Source: Vicugna vicugna
Taxonomy: Eukaryota
NCBI GenBank assembly: GCA_013265495.1
Contig: MU058449.1
Span: forward strand, 372,001-415,351
Direction: 5' to 3'
Length of the DNA stretch: 43,351 nucleotides
Shown here: piece after piece, positions 10,703 to 20,909 of the stretch
How positions within the stretch are numbered: position 1 is the first letter of the stretch
Layout: each line of letters starts with the position of its first letter
Made by a program: the position numbers and the translations under genes
Notes under the pieces: generated by a model
What the model was told of the DNA's origin: nothing
The model's database searches: none
Seen by the model: the letters and a program-made list of their open reading frames with translations, nothing else

Positions 10703-11656
10703 TCAGAATACCAACTGAGCAACCCGCCTGCGGATCTCCTTGGTCTTCACACCATAAACAATGGGGTTAAGGGCAGGGGGCACAAGCAGATAGATGGTAG
10801 ACAGGAGGATATGGGCATAGGGTGATATATGTCCAAAACAGTGGCTGAAGAAGGAAAAGAAAGCAAGAATATAAAACTCCAGGAAAATGACAATATGGGA
10901 AGTGCAAGTGTGGAATGCTTTGAGTCGTGCCGCCTTATGGGGAAGATGAAAAACAGACTGAAAAATCAGAATGTAGGAGATAAAGACAAAGATCATATCA
11001 AAACCTAGAATTGCAAAAGCCACAAAGAGCCCATATGATTTATTAATATGAACATCTTCTGCAGCCAACTTGACCACAGCCATGTGCTCACAGTAGGAAT
11101 GGGCAATAATCACAGATTGGAAAAGTTGTAGTTGTTTGAGTAGAATGGGTAGAAACCCAACAAGCACCGTTGCCCAGATTGCCACCATCAGTACCATCTG
11201 AATTAGAAAGACAGGTGTGAGGATGGATGTATGCCTCAAAGGATCACAGATGGCCACATAGCGATCAAAGGCCATGGCTAACAGGATGCCAGATTCCGTG
11301 CCCTGCAAGGCATGGATGAAGAAGAGTTGGGTGAGGCAAGCATCAAAAGACATGGAGCAAGAGCCAAACCAGAAGATAGCCAACATCTTGGGAGCAATGT
11401 CTACACAGAGACCTAGGTCAGTTGCTGCCAAAACTGCCAGGAAGATATACATGGGTTGGTGAAGACTGCGTTCTGTAGCAATGACGATTAATAAGAAGAT
11501 GTTCCCCAGTAGAGCCAGCAGACACACACCAAGGAAGGGAAATCCAATCCAAAACTGCACATGCTCTAGGCCAGGGATCCCAATCAGGATTACTGTCTTC
11601 GGGTTCAGATATGACATGTTAGTAGATCCCATATGGTTGATAAATCCTTTCCTCAT
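10703..11656 (-). CDS. Class I olfactory receptor, OR52A-related, open reading frame (gene 2; 317 aa from ATG 11656, or 309 aa from ATG 11632)
   Basis: Motifs [69 protein letters not shown] resemble OR52A-type receptors. The ORF-track start at 11659 is a GTG. ATG 11632 aligns with the start of the paralog at 25069. Confidence 0.93.
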   Translation of the reverse strand: MRKGFINHMGSTNMSYLNPKTVILIGIPGLEHVQFWIGFPFLGVCLLALLGNIFLLIVIATERSLHQPMYIFLAVLAATDLGLCVDIAPKMLAIFWFGSCSMSFDACLTQLFFIHALQGTESGILLAMAFDRYVAICDPLRHTSILTPVFLIQMVLMVAIWATVLVGFLPILLKQLQLFQSVIIAHSYCEHMAVVKLAAEDVHINKSYGLFVAFAILGFDMIFVFISYILIFQSVFHLPHKAARLKAFHTCTSHIVIFLEFYILAFFSFFSHCFGHISPYAHILLSTIYLLVPPALNPIVYGVKTKEIRRRVAQLVF

Positions 11657-13429
11657 CACTGATCTTGGATGGAAAGAAAGAAGAGAATTATCTTCATCAT
11701 TTCTTCTAGATCATGAAAAAAAAAAAGGAATGAAATGTGGCCATGTGACATTGAATCTTTCAGAGTCAGTTTAAGTCAATATCAAAATAGAATTCTTGGA
11801 TACCTTTTCCAAATACCAGTGTGGGTATTTGTGGATGAAGAAGATGAATCCAGTGTTTATCACCTAGCAATTGTTGAAATCAAAATTATGATTCTAAGAA
11901 TGTTGATCTTACTAGCTTTTGAGGTGGGCTTAGATAGTCCCACAGATGGCAACATTAGCTTTTTTGTTTATATCCACCTTCAAACTGCAGACACATTTCA
12001 GATTAGGTGAAATTCCTCTGTGACACTTGAAGTTGTAGACTAGATCCTCAAACCTATAGCCCTGTCCATTTTGTTCAAAGGTCAGAATCTCCAGAAAGTG
12101 GTAGCCTTTCCCAGTCTTCCAATTTTCTTTGGTTTAGAGAGTAAAATATCTCCTTACAAATCTTAGAATTGAGTATCAGATTGGGGAATGAAGAAGTTTG
12201 TTCCACAAAAATTGATTGAGTTACCCATGTGTGGGCCCATTATCCAGGTTCTTGAAAGTTATATGGAGGAGATGTCCTTTTATCAGTAGTGACAGAGCAT
12301 TTTTGACTCAATGAGTTACTTCTTGCCCATTAGCTTTCAAAATGGATGTGTAAGCAGAATGGGGAAGAAGGTTATACAAGTCCTCACAGATCTTAGATAA
12401 GACAGAAAGTTGAGAAGGTAAATAGGAAATCAATTAAATAAAAGGGCACCGTAAATCAGGACAGAATGGTAACATTTAAAACTGGCCTACTGGATAACCC
12501 CTTTAGCTTAAATATTTTGATTTTGTTCATCTGTTTCAGATGCAAAAGGATAGGGTTGCCTGTGGGCCACCATACTGTTTATAATGGAACTCAACCTAAC
12601 CTAGATGCTTTCTTTCAGTTTACTATATTCATTAGGCAGTAAGAGTCATTTCTGATACTTTTGATTATGTTGTATATTGATTATATTACTTGACAGTCAC
12701 CCCAAATTTCTGATATTTTTATATTTTTTCTGCTCTTTCTTTAGAAATATACTCACTAAATCTTAAGATATCTTTATATACTCTCTTTTTTATTTTTCAT
12801 TAATCATTCTGCAAGCTTAAAATCATGCAAAAGTTTTAGTCTATGATTTTTTTGTCATAGCCAAATACATTGAATAGAGAATACCACTCTGAATAGGATT
12901 TTATATATTTTCCTTTGAAGGGAAATGAGAGGAATTACTGCCGTGAAATTATATTTAAAAAAAAAGACTGATTCACAGTCAATAGGAATATATATGTGGG
13001 TATAGCTAGAAAGTTCTCAATGTAGTAAAGTATGAAATACTTCAGTGGAGATGGAAAGTAGGAGATCTTTTTATATAAGCTTCTGTAGCTACATTTATCA
13101 GTAGACTATGATCAAGGCACTAAAGAGATATAGATGTTTTAAAAATTAGAAATTTTGTGTAGAGAAATTCCATTTGATGTTCACGTGAAATGAGGTTAAG
13201 TGGGAATAGTGATGGGTTCCCTAGAAGAGATTGGTGATACATATGAATATATCTTGTTAAGGGAACATGAGCAGACAAAAGCAGAGCCTAAAGGAATTAC
13301 AAAAAATGATGTATCTTAGATAATTATTTATAAGTTGTCTGACAATGTAAAAGTAAAATTTAGCTTGTCTCACAATTGTAGGTGTTAATTAATTTATTGC
13401 ATTACTTTTCTTCTATACAGCATAGTACG

Positions 13430-13622
13430 TGTATTATATATAAATGTGTATGTATTTATATAAACATATAAATAAAATAGATATATAATATATGCATAAA
13501 TAATATATAAATATATATTTGTATATATTTTATATGACACTATATATAATAAAAATTTATGTATAATGTAAATATATCACATAAATATAAAAACATATAA
13601 AATATATATAGTATTATATATA
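13430..13622. repeat. TA-rich low-complexity tract
   Basis: ~190 bp of degenerate (TA)n. Confidence 0.85.
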
Positions 13623-14170
13623 TGTAGCTTTCTGTATATTATGATGCTTTAACATCTTAAAAAGCCGTTCTGGCTGGGGTGAGGCTGTCCCTCCTTGTCT
13701 GGGTAAGCCAATTCATAGAGATAGCAAAAGGCCCAGCCAGTAGTGTACTTTTGATATGCAAACTAACCAATCTGTATCCCCTTTATCTGGCCCACATACT
13801 CCAAGAAGCAATATTTCTCTACCTTGAACATCCCAGGGCCAGGTACCAGGCAATAGAGCCCACCCCTACACTGCAAAGCCCACCAAAATTATTCAGAGTA
13901 GTCAATCCTATACTGTTTACCCTTCCCTGTCTTGACTTTACTATGGAAACCCCAATAAAGGGCTTGTTATAAGTGCCTAAGTTCTTCCTCACCCTACCCC
14001 TTCCTCCTGGCTTCTGCCTCCTGATCCCCCTGATGATTTTCCATTTGGCTTTGCAAGGCCTGTTGTGCCTCTCATCTAGGACCTGTTAGTAGCACAACCA
14101 TTGTTTTCCTGAGATTCTCTCTCTTCTCTTGTGGCCACATTTGATGATTATCTCATAAAAATACAAAATA
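13623..14170 (+). mobile_element. MER74/MER73-like ERVL solo LTR
   Basis: Starts TGTAGCTTTCTGTATATT; contains agccaattcatagagatagcaaa, atatgcaaactaaccaatc, cccagggccaggtaccag and an AATAAA at ~13954. Confidence 0.8.
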
Positions 14171-15098
14171 TTTTATGTAAAATTATACTATAGGAATTTA
14201 GAAATATGACATAGCTTCTCAAATGCTGATTCTACTATTTACCTCAAATGGAATATTGTCCAAATTCCTTAAGTTTACTCAACTATCAATGGAAATAATG
14301 ATACCACTTAATTCACTGAATTATTGAGAAGGCTAAATAAGTTTATATATGAAAAACTCAGCATAAGGTATGGGAGAAAGTAAGCACTTAATCTTTGGTA
14401 GCTCATGCTTGTCAGAATCTGAACAGAACTTCTGTGAAGACAAAAACACATTACTGCCTTCTTGTGGAAGTATAAAACAAAAATACAGAAATGAGGAAAC
14501 TTTATGAGGAAAAAATTGATTAAAAATCCATGAGACAATGAATTTTCTGAAGCTGAAAAACCTTCCTCAATTCAGTCCAAAAGATTGGACATTCATGTTA
14601 GCAGGTAAAATGATCATGGTTGTAATAGAAAAATGACTTCCCAATGATGTGTAGACCTTGGTGGAGTCAATAAATTTCACTTATTTAAATTGATTTGGCC
14701 ACTTCACCTGAGAAATAATCATATTCTCCTTTAAAGTCTTACTAGGTAAATGGAAAATACATGAATAGGAAAACCAGTTTTCTAAAACAGTTTAGATTAA
14801 AAATGCTTCTAAGACAGCAAAGACATGCATTTTATTTTTTTATGCAAGTTATCTCTTATAATCAAATGAGAAAATGTTTGTTCCTAATCTCTAAGAGAAA
14901 GAGAAGGAGAAAGGAATAGAAAGATATCTTCAATGGAGGCAGGGCAAAGTGTTAGAAACAAGAGACGAAAATAGAAGATTGTAATGCCCCAGATAAAGAG
15001 AGGACTGTATTTCAGGGGATGGGATATGAGTTGTAGCTACAGTGGCAACAAGACCAGACACCAAAGCTATTAGAGACAATAGGATGCTTCTACTTTTG

Positions 15099-15120
15099 AC
15101 ACACACACACACACACACAC
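15099..15120. repeat. (AC)11 microsatellite
   Basis: Seen directly. Confidence 0.95.
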
Positions 15121-15531
15121 AGACAACTTTCCAAACCACAATCCATCTCTTATTTTTTTAATAAAATAAGCAACATTCGGTTACTTTGTATGTAAATATC
15201 GGAAGAGGAGCCTGAAACCTTATTTTCATGTTGCCTTGGCACTAAGTAACTGGGACTTGTCAGTTCTGAGTTTTCTTCACACGTAGTTAAGAGGATGGTG
15301 CTAGGTTACCTTTGCATCTCTTTCATCTCTGTAATAGATTCTGACATGAATTTATTACAACTATCATATTATTGATAAATAAATGTAGATGAGAAAAAAA
15401 AAGTGACCTGCCAAAGGAAAGATTGTTACAGGTTTGAGATCATCTGACTCACTATCCTTTCCATTTCCTTTAAAAATTTGCTACAATTAGAAACAATGAG
15501 CCGTACATAGGTTCCAATACATGGAGAAGAA

Positions 15532-15960
15532 ACTCACCAAGAAAAACACATAGCCAGGATGTAAAAATCAATGGAATAGCTCTTTTCTGCCAGAATTTTG
15601 ATTTGAAAATGTATTAATAATCAAATGTCTTTCATCATCTGTCTTTAGCTGTTGCTTTTCTTAGCCTTGGATTCTGAGCTGATCCCAGGGCAATTTTCAA
15701 ACCTGTCCCTAAAGAGATCATTACACCACTGGAACTCAGCTTTTTTGAATCATAATGGTATCCCTTGCCTGAGGGCACACAGCCAGAAAGCACTCAGTTA
15801 CTTCATAAATTGTTTCCAAGGAATGAGAATCAGGGAATTTCAAATTATGGGTCACCTTCAGAGCATGGTGAACCTGAGATCATTAGGCATGAGGAAAGAA
15901 AATCTGAGAAATGGAAAATTTGTAGACTGGAAAGATTGAAGACAGTAATTTAGTCCATTT
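15532..15960 (-). promoter_or_regulatory. Candidate promoter / first non-coding exon of gene 2
   Basis: Strong minus-strand donor TTG|GTGAGT (GT at 15537-15536), O/E(EBF)-like TCCCAGGG at 15683-15690, non-repetitive sequence ~4 kb upstream of the CDS. Inference only. Confidence 0.35.
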
Positions 15961-16081
15961 TCTGGCCTCTGATCAGACTTGTAGTTAAGGAAACAGAAAA
16001 GATGTTTATCTTTATAAATATAATGCTACTATATCTGAAACAAAGCTATAAGAACTTCTACTCTTATTATTGTACCACTAC

Positions 16082-16728
16082 TGATGCAGGAAAACAGATG
16101 TGGAGCATGAGAAGGGCTATTTCCCAGGCTTCAGTTGAGCCCCTGGGACATGCCCTGCCAAGTGTGGGTCATTGGCTTCGTGCAGGAAAGAATTCAAGAG
16201 TGAGCCACAGTTGAGTAAAGGTAGATTTATTCAGAGAGATACATTGAAAGGCAAGAGAAAGGCCACGAGGTGTGGGGGTTGGGTGCTCAGATTAAAAGTA
16301 GGTATACACTCCACAGACCAGAGTGTGGGCTTTCTCTGAAAGGCATATGGGGGAGGTGGGGAGAGAGAGAGGCAGTGGCCACAAGGCACTGTGTTACCAG
16401 TTTTTATGGGCTTTGGTAGCTTCACATGCTAATAAGTGAAAGGACCAGTCTAGCTAGCCTGGGGAAGGGGCTGGGATTCCCAGGAAGTTGGCTATTTCCC
16501 ACTTTGACCTTTTGTTGCTAGCCTTGGGACTGCAATGGGCCTGTGGGCATGTTATTCACCATATTAATATATTACAATGAGCGTATAATGAAGCTCAAGG
16601 TTTACTAGAAGTTAAATCTCCTGTCATCTTGAGCCTCAAGGTATACTGGGGGTTGAATCTTTCACCATTTTGATGTTAATTGCTGTAGCATTCCTTGAAT
16701 GGCTGTGCCCTGCCCTCTTCCTGTCTCA
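16082..16728 (-). mobile_element. MER41-like ERV1 solo LTR, copy A (647 bp)
   Basis: Minus strand starts TGAGACAGG and ends ATCA. TATA-like element at 16401-16408 and AATAAA at 16226-16231 on minus. 4-bp TSD CTAC/CTAT. Confidence 0.85.
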
Positions 16729-17002
16729 CTATTACCACTAATAAATTTGTTTGAAACCATTATTAGTTTTCCTTTGCAGTTTCAAAAAACAAACAAATCT
16801 ACTCAAGATCTCCAGGTGACTTAAGTTTCGTAGAATCTTGAGGAATATACATCAAATATGACGTTGGGGTTCTTATCACAAAATCAATGCAGTACCTTTG
16901 TATGCCATAGGACATTGTTAATTGCATGCAAAGTTATGTCGGAAAACTTACTTTCTTCTTTTTTATTTCCAGAAGCAGGGCCTGGTGTTCAGTTGATAAC
17001 AT

Positions 17003-17619
17003 TGATACGGGAAAAAGAATGTGGGGCGAGAGGATGGTAGTGTCCCCAGGTCTCAGCTGAGGTAGGGACATGCCCTACCAAGTGTGGGTCCTTAGCTTCG
17101 TACAGGAAAAAATTCAAGGGTGAGCCACAGTTGCATAAAGGCAGATTTATTCAGAGAGATACATACTCCATAGACTGAGTGCAGGCTGTTTCAGAAGACA
17201 AGAGAAAGGCCATGAGTGCAGGGGTTGGGTGCTCAGTTTAAAGTAAAAGTAGATACACACTCCATAGACAGAGTGCAGTCACTCTCACTCAAAAGGGAAA
17301 GTGGACATAAGACATGGTGTTGCTAGTTTTTATGGGCTCAGTAACTTCATATGCAAACAAATGGGAGGATTATTCCAACTACTTTGGGGAAGGGGATGGG
17401 ATTCCCAGGAATTGGACCATCATCCACCCTTTATGTTTTATGGTCAGCCTTGAAACTGTCCCTGCACCTGTGGGAGTACCATTTAGCACGCTATTGTATT
17501 TCAATGAGAGTATATTAAAGCTCAAGGTCTACTGAGAGTTGAATCTTCCACCATCTAGGTGGAATCTAGGTATATCATTCTTTTAATGGTCATGCCCTAC
17601 CCCCTTCCCTCCTGTCTCA
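17003..17619 (-). mobile_element. MER41-like ERV1 solo LTR, copy B (617 bp)
   Basis: Homologous to copy A (ggacatgccct-ccaagtgtgggtc; agatttattcagagagataca). TG...CA ends and a perfect 4-bp TSD ACAT at 16999-17002 and 17620-17623. Confidence 0.88.
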
Positions 17620-17655
17620 ACATGATGTTTGATAATGTGGTATTTATTACATTTA

Positions 17656-17845
17656 AGTTGATAACACTGTATTGTAAAATTGAAATTTTCTCACTTAAAA
17701 AAACAGGTAAATATGTGAGGTGATGGATATATTAATTAACTCAATGGGGGAAATCTTTTCCCAGTGTATACATGTATCATATCATCATGTTGTACACTTT
17801 AAATTTCTTACAATTTTGTCAGTTATACCTCAATAAAACTAAGAC
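17656..17845 (+). mobile_element. L1MA/MB 3'UTR terminal fragment
   Basis: ggtaaatatgtgaggtgatggatatattaatt...ttatacctcaataaa. Confidence 0.75.
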
Positions 17846-18857
17846 AAATGTAAAGAAAGATTTTTAACTAAGTATGAACCAACTCCCTACCTTCAATCAT
17901 CAGGTGGTATCTCAGTTGTGGGTTCTTGATGAGACTTCTGGGATTGTGTAAGCAATATATGACTATATGTCCCAGAAAATATGTATGTCCTATATACCTG
18001 ATATTTACTAGAATTAAAAGGGATGGATGAAATATCCCCATATCTTTGCTTCCTTATTTTTTTTCATTACTTTTCCTACCAGATATGATCAAGTAATTTC
18101 TCCACAAATGGACTCTAAAGTTGATCACATTTGTTTTCCTTTCCAACCCACATTTTAAACCTATCCTGCAGATATTTCATCTTCATTTTGTCCCTGTGAT
18201 ATCTCTTCCTTTAATTTTCTTTCATTTTCTCTGTATCAATTACTTCATAATAATTCCCATCAATTGCCTTTTCTTCTGTATACTTTAAATATTTTCTCTC
18301 AATTTCTGTCTTTCCTGAACAGATAAGCATGTTCCAGTCATATAAAAAATAACCTCTTTTGAAACCAGAACTCTAGAGACTATCTCACTTTTTATTGAAG
18401 CAAAGGTTTTGAAATTGACTATCCTTCATTTCCTCTTTGTCTTGTTTTCCAATTGCTTTTCTTTTCATCGTAACATTATATTATTTCCTTTCTCTTTTAT
18501 TTCTTTTTCCTCAGTTTGTTGAAATCACCCATGTTTATAATTAGCAACCTGAGCAAGTACTTCCTTATCTCCATGGAACTTATTGGGTTCATAATTGTAT
18601 AAATTATTAACACCGAACTTTGATGTTATTTACTATATTTAGTTGTTGCCACCATTGTCTAATGCTTCATCCTTTATTTCTTGCATCATTCCTTTCTTCA
18701 GGGATTAATTTTTAAAATGTATGTTGTTTCCCTAGTTCCAGTGGTTGAAACCGTTGGATATGTGTTTACATATATTCTTGCATATAAGGAATAATAGATT
18801 TAATAGAGAAAGGATGCAATATATATGCATACATATATATATGGATATATCCTTGTA

Positions 18858-18876
18858 TGTGTGTGTGTGTGTGTGT
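18858..18876. repeat. (TG)9 microsatellite
   Basis: Seen directly. Confidence 0.9.
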
Positions 18877-18899
18877 ATTGTTCCATTGAAGAGACATAG

Positions 18900-19570
18900 C
18901 AATTAGAGGGCACGTAGAAAAAATGTACAGTTAACATTGTACTTAATGGTGAAATACTGGATAGTTGTTCTCTGTATTAAAAACAAGATGGAGAAGGGAA
19001 GGTAAAGGTATAGCTCAGTGGCAGAGTGCGTACTTAGCATGTATGAGGTACTGGGTTCAATCCCCAGTATCTCTGTTAAACAAATAAATAAATAAACTTA
19101 ATGACTCCTCCCACCCCCCAAAAAAGGTGGGTTGCTCTCTATTATTGAGAACAGTGTAAAGATGTTCATTCTCACCATTTCTATTTCAGTATTATAATTC
19201 AAGTCCTAGCATGTGAAATGAGGATAGAAAAGTAAGTAAAGAGCATGAAAAACCACCAAGGTCTCTAAGAAAATCTCCTGGAACTAATGATTGGGTTTAT
19301 TAAGGTACCATGATAAGAGAAAAAAAATCAGTGTACAAAATTAATTATATTTCCATTCAATATCAATGAACAATTGAAAATTTAAAAATTTAAAGTACTT
19401 TTCAATAACTAAAAAAGAGAAATACTTAGGTGTAAATCTACAAAGTATGTGTAGAATCTGTGTTCAAAACCACACAGCACTAATGAAAGAGATGATAAGA
19501 TCTAAATAAATAGGTTTACCGTGTTCATAGATCTTTCCAAGTTGATTGATAGATTTAATGCAATTTAATG
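18900..19570 (+). mobile_element. Old L1M ORF2 fragments (host of the SINE)
   Basis: acttaatggtgaaatactg; tctcaccatttctatttcag; aaatacttaggtgtaaatcta; atagatttaatgcaat. Confidence 0.65.
18996..19125 (+). mobile_element. tRNA-derived SINE, camelid Vic-1-like
   Basis: Pol III A-box TAGCTCAGTGG (19011-19021), B-box GGTTCAATCC (19054-19063), (TAAA)n tail, then C-run and A-run. Confidence 0.85.
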
Positions 19571-19574
19571 TACA

Positions 19575-20020
19575 TATCTTCTCTCTATGTCTTGCCCTTT
19601 GCTTAATAGTGTTTTTAGATGAACAGAAATTCTTAAGTTTAAGTAATATCTTCCCAGGATTTCATTTTTTATATTCTATTTAAGAATCCTTTGCTTATTC
19701 CCAGCTCATGAAGATATTCCCCCCATGTTTTCATTCATAGCTTTGTTATTTTGCCTTTTGCATTTAGATAAAAAATAAATCCAAAACTAACTTTATTTTT
19801 AATAATGTGAGGTTATAGTCAAGGTTTGTTCTTCTCCAAATGGATGCTTAATTTGTTCAACGTATCATATGCTGAAAAGAACATTATTTTCTACTATATT
19901 TTGTGGCATCTTTGTCATATTCAAATAATTATTCATGTATGAGTTATTCTAGATTATATTTTTTATAGTAGAAGCTATTTTTATCTCTGTCAAGACTGCA
20001 GTATAATAATGAACATAACT
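19575..20020 (-). mobile_element. Old L1M ORF2 fragment, antisense
   Basis: gatgaacagaaattcttaagtttaa; tcatgaagatattcc; gctgaaaagaacattatttt. Confidence 0.6.
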
Positions 20021-20909
20021 TTATGTATGAGACTTAGGATAGCTTACTAGGTATAGTAGAATATTATTTTAATTCCTCATCTGAGAACCTAGAACTATAT
20101 TACAGTGTAGGTAGACAACTCCATATGATACAATTATTTCTGTATGTAGAACACAGGATACTTACTTAAATTAAAACCTCATAAAAGCATGGCATAATTT
20201 GAATTTTTTGTGCTTATTCTTACTAATTGATATAATTTACCCAGGGCTTTCATTTTATATATAGACAAGATGTGCTGTGAGGAGATGAAATTTGATGTAT
20301 GTGTGCATCTTTAATGGATACTTTGGAGTATTTACATAATAGTGTTAAATTATATCAATAGTTGAACTCAGTTCAGGTTACTACTAACTGATGTTTGCAA
20401 TGAATTAAATCCTTCAAACTTGCAAATTCCTCCTGTTTAAGTATCATCCAACTCTGTATTTAATCAAGTGACTATGACTAGCATAGTGTGATGTTATCTT
20501 TCTAAATTGATTTCTAAAGTGTTTAAGTTTTATAATGAACTGTTCAGTAGACTTTGTGCTTATTGTCTGTATCATTATCCCATACTTATGATGTCATTGC
20601 ATTGCTTAATCAAAAATTGGAAGATACTAAAAACGGTGAATCACTTTTCAGAATTAGTTCACTTTTCAGAATTTAAATGAGCATTTGCTTAGAAACTTGC
20701 TGATAATTTAATCATATAGCACAAAGAGTTCCAACATTGAAAAGATTTATGAAACCCATTAATGGCTTCCTTAAGCTGGTTTGTGATAGATGGTTATATC
20801 GGAGAATTTGGTTACCATTAAAATGGCCATGATAATTTACTTTTGGTATTCATTCATCAGATTGTTGTTTACTATGTAATTGAATAATCTTTGATAATTA
20901 AATTGAAAG

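Noticed and set aside
16082..17619. Internally deleted provirus (LTR-int-LTR)
   Set aside because: Each LTR has its own TSD, the two are clearly diverged, and the spacer shows no PBS or PPT.
16991..17666. Direct repeat AGTTGATAACA at 16991-17001 and 17656-17666 as a TSD
   Set aside because: It does not bracket a coherent element; the LTR has its own TSD and the second copy fits the L1 3'UTR.
18996..19075. Possible tRNA gene
   Set aside because: A and B boxes are present, but there is no convincing acceptor stem and it has a SINE tail.
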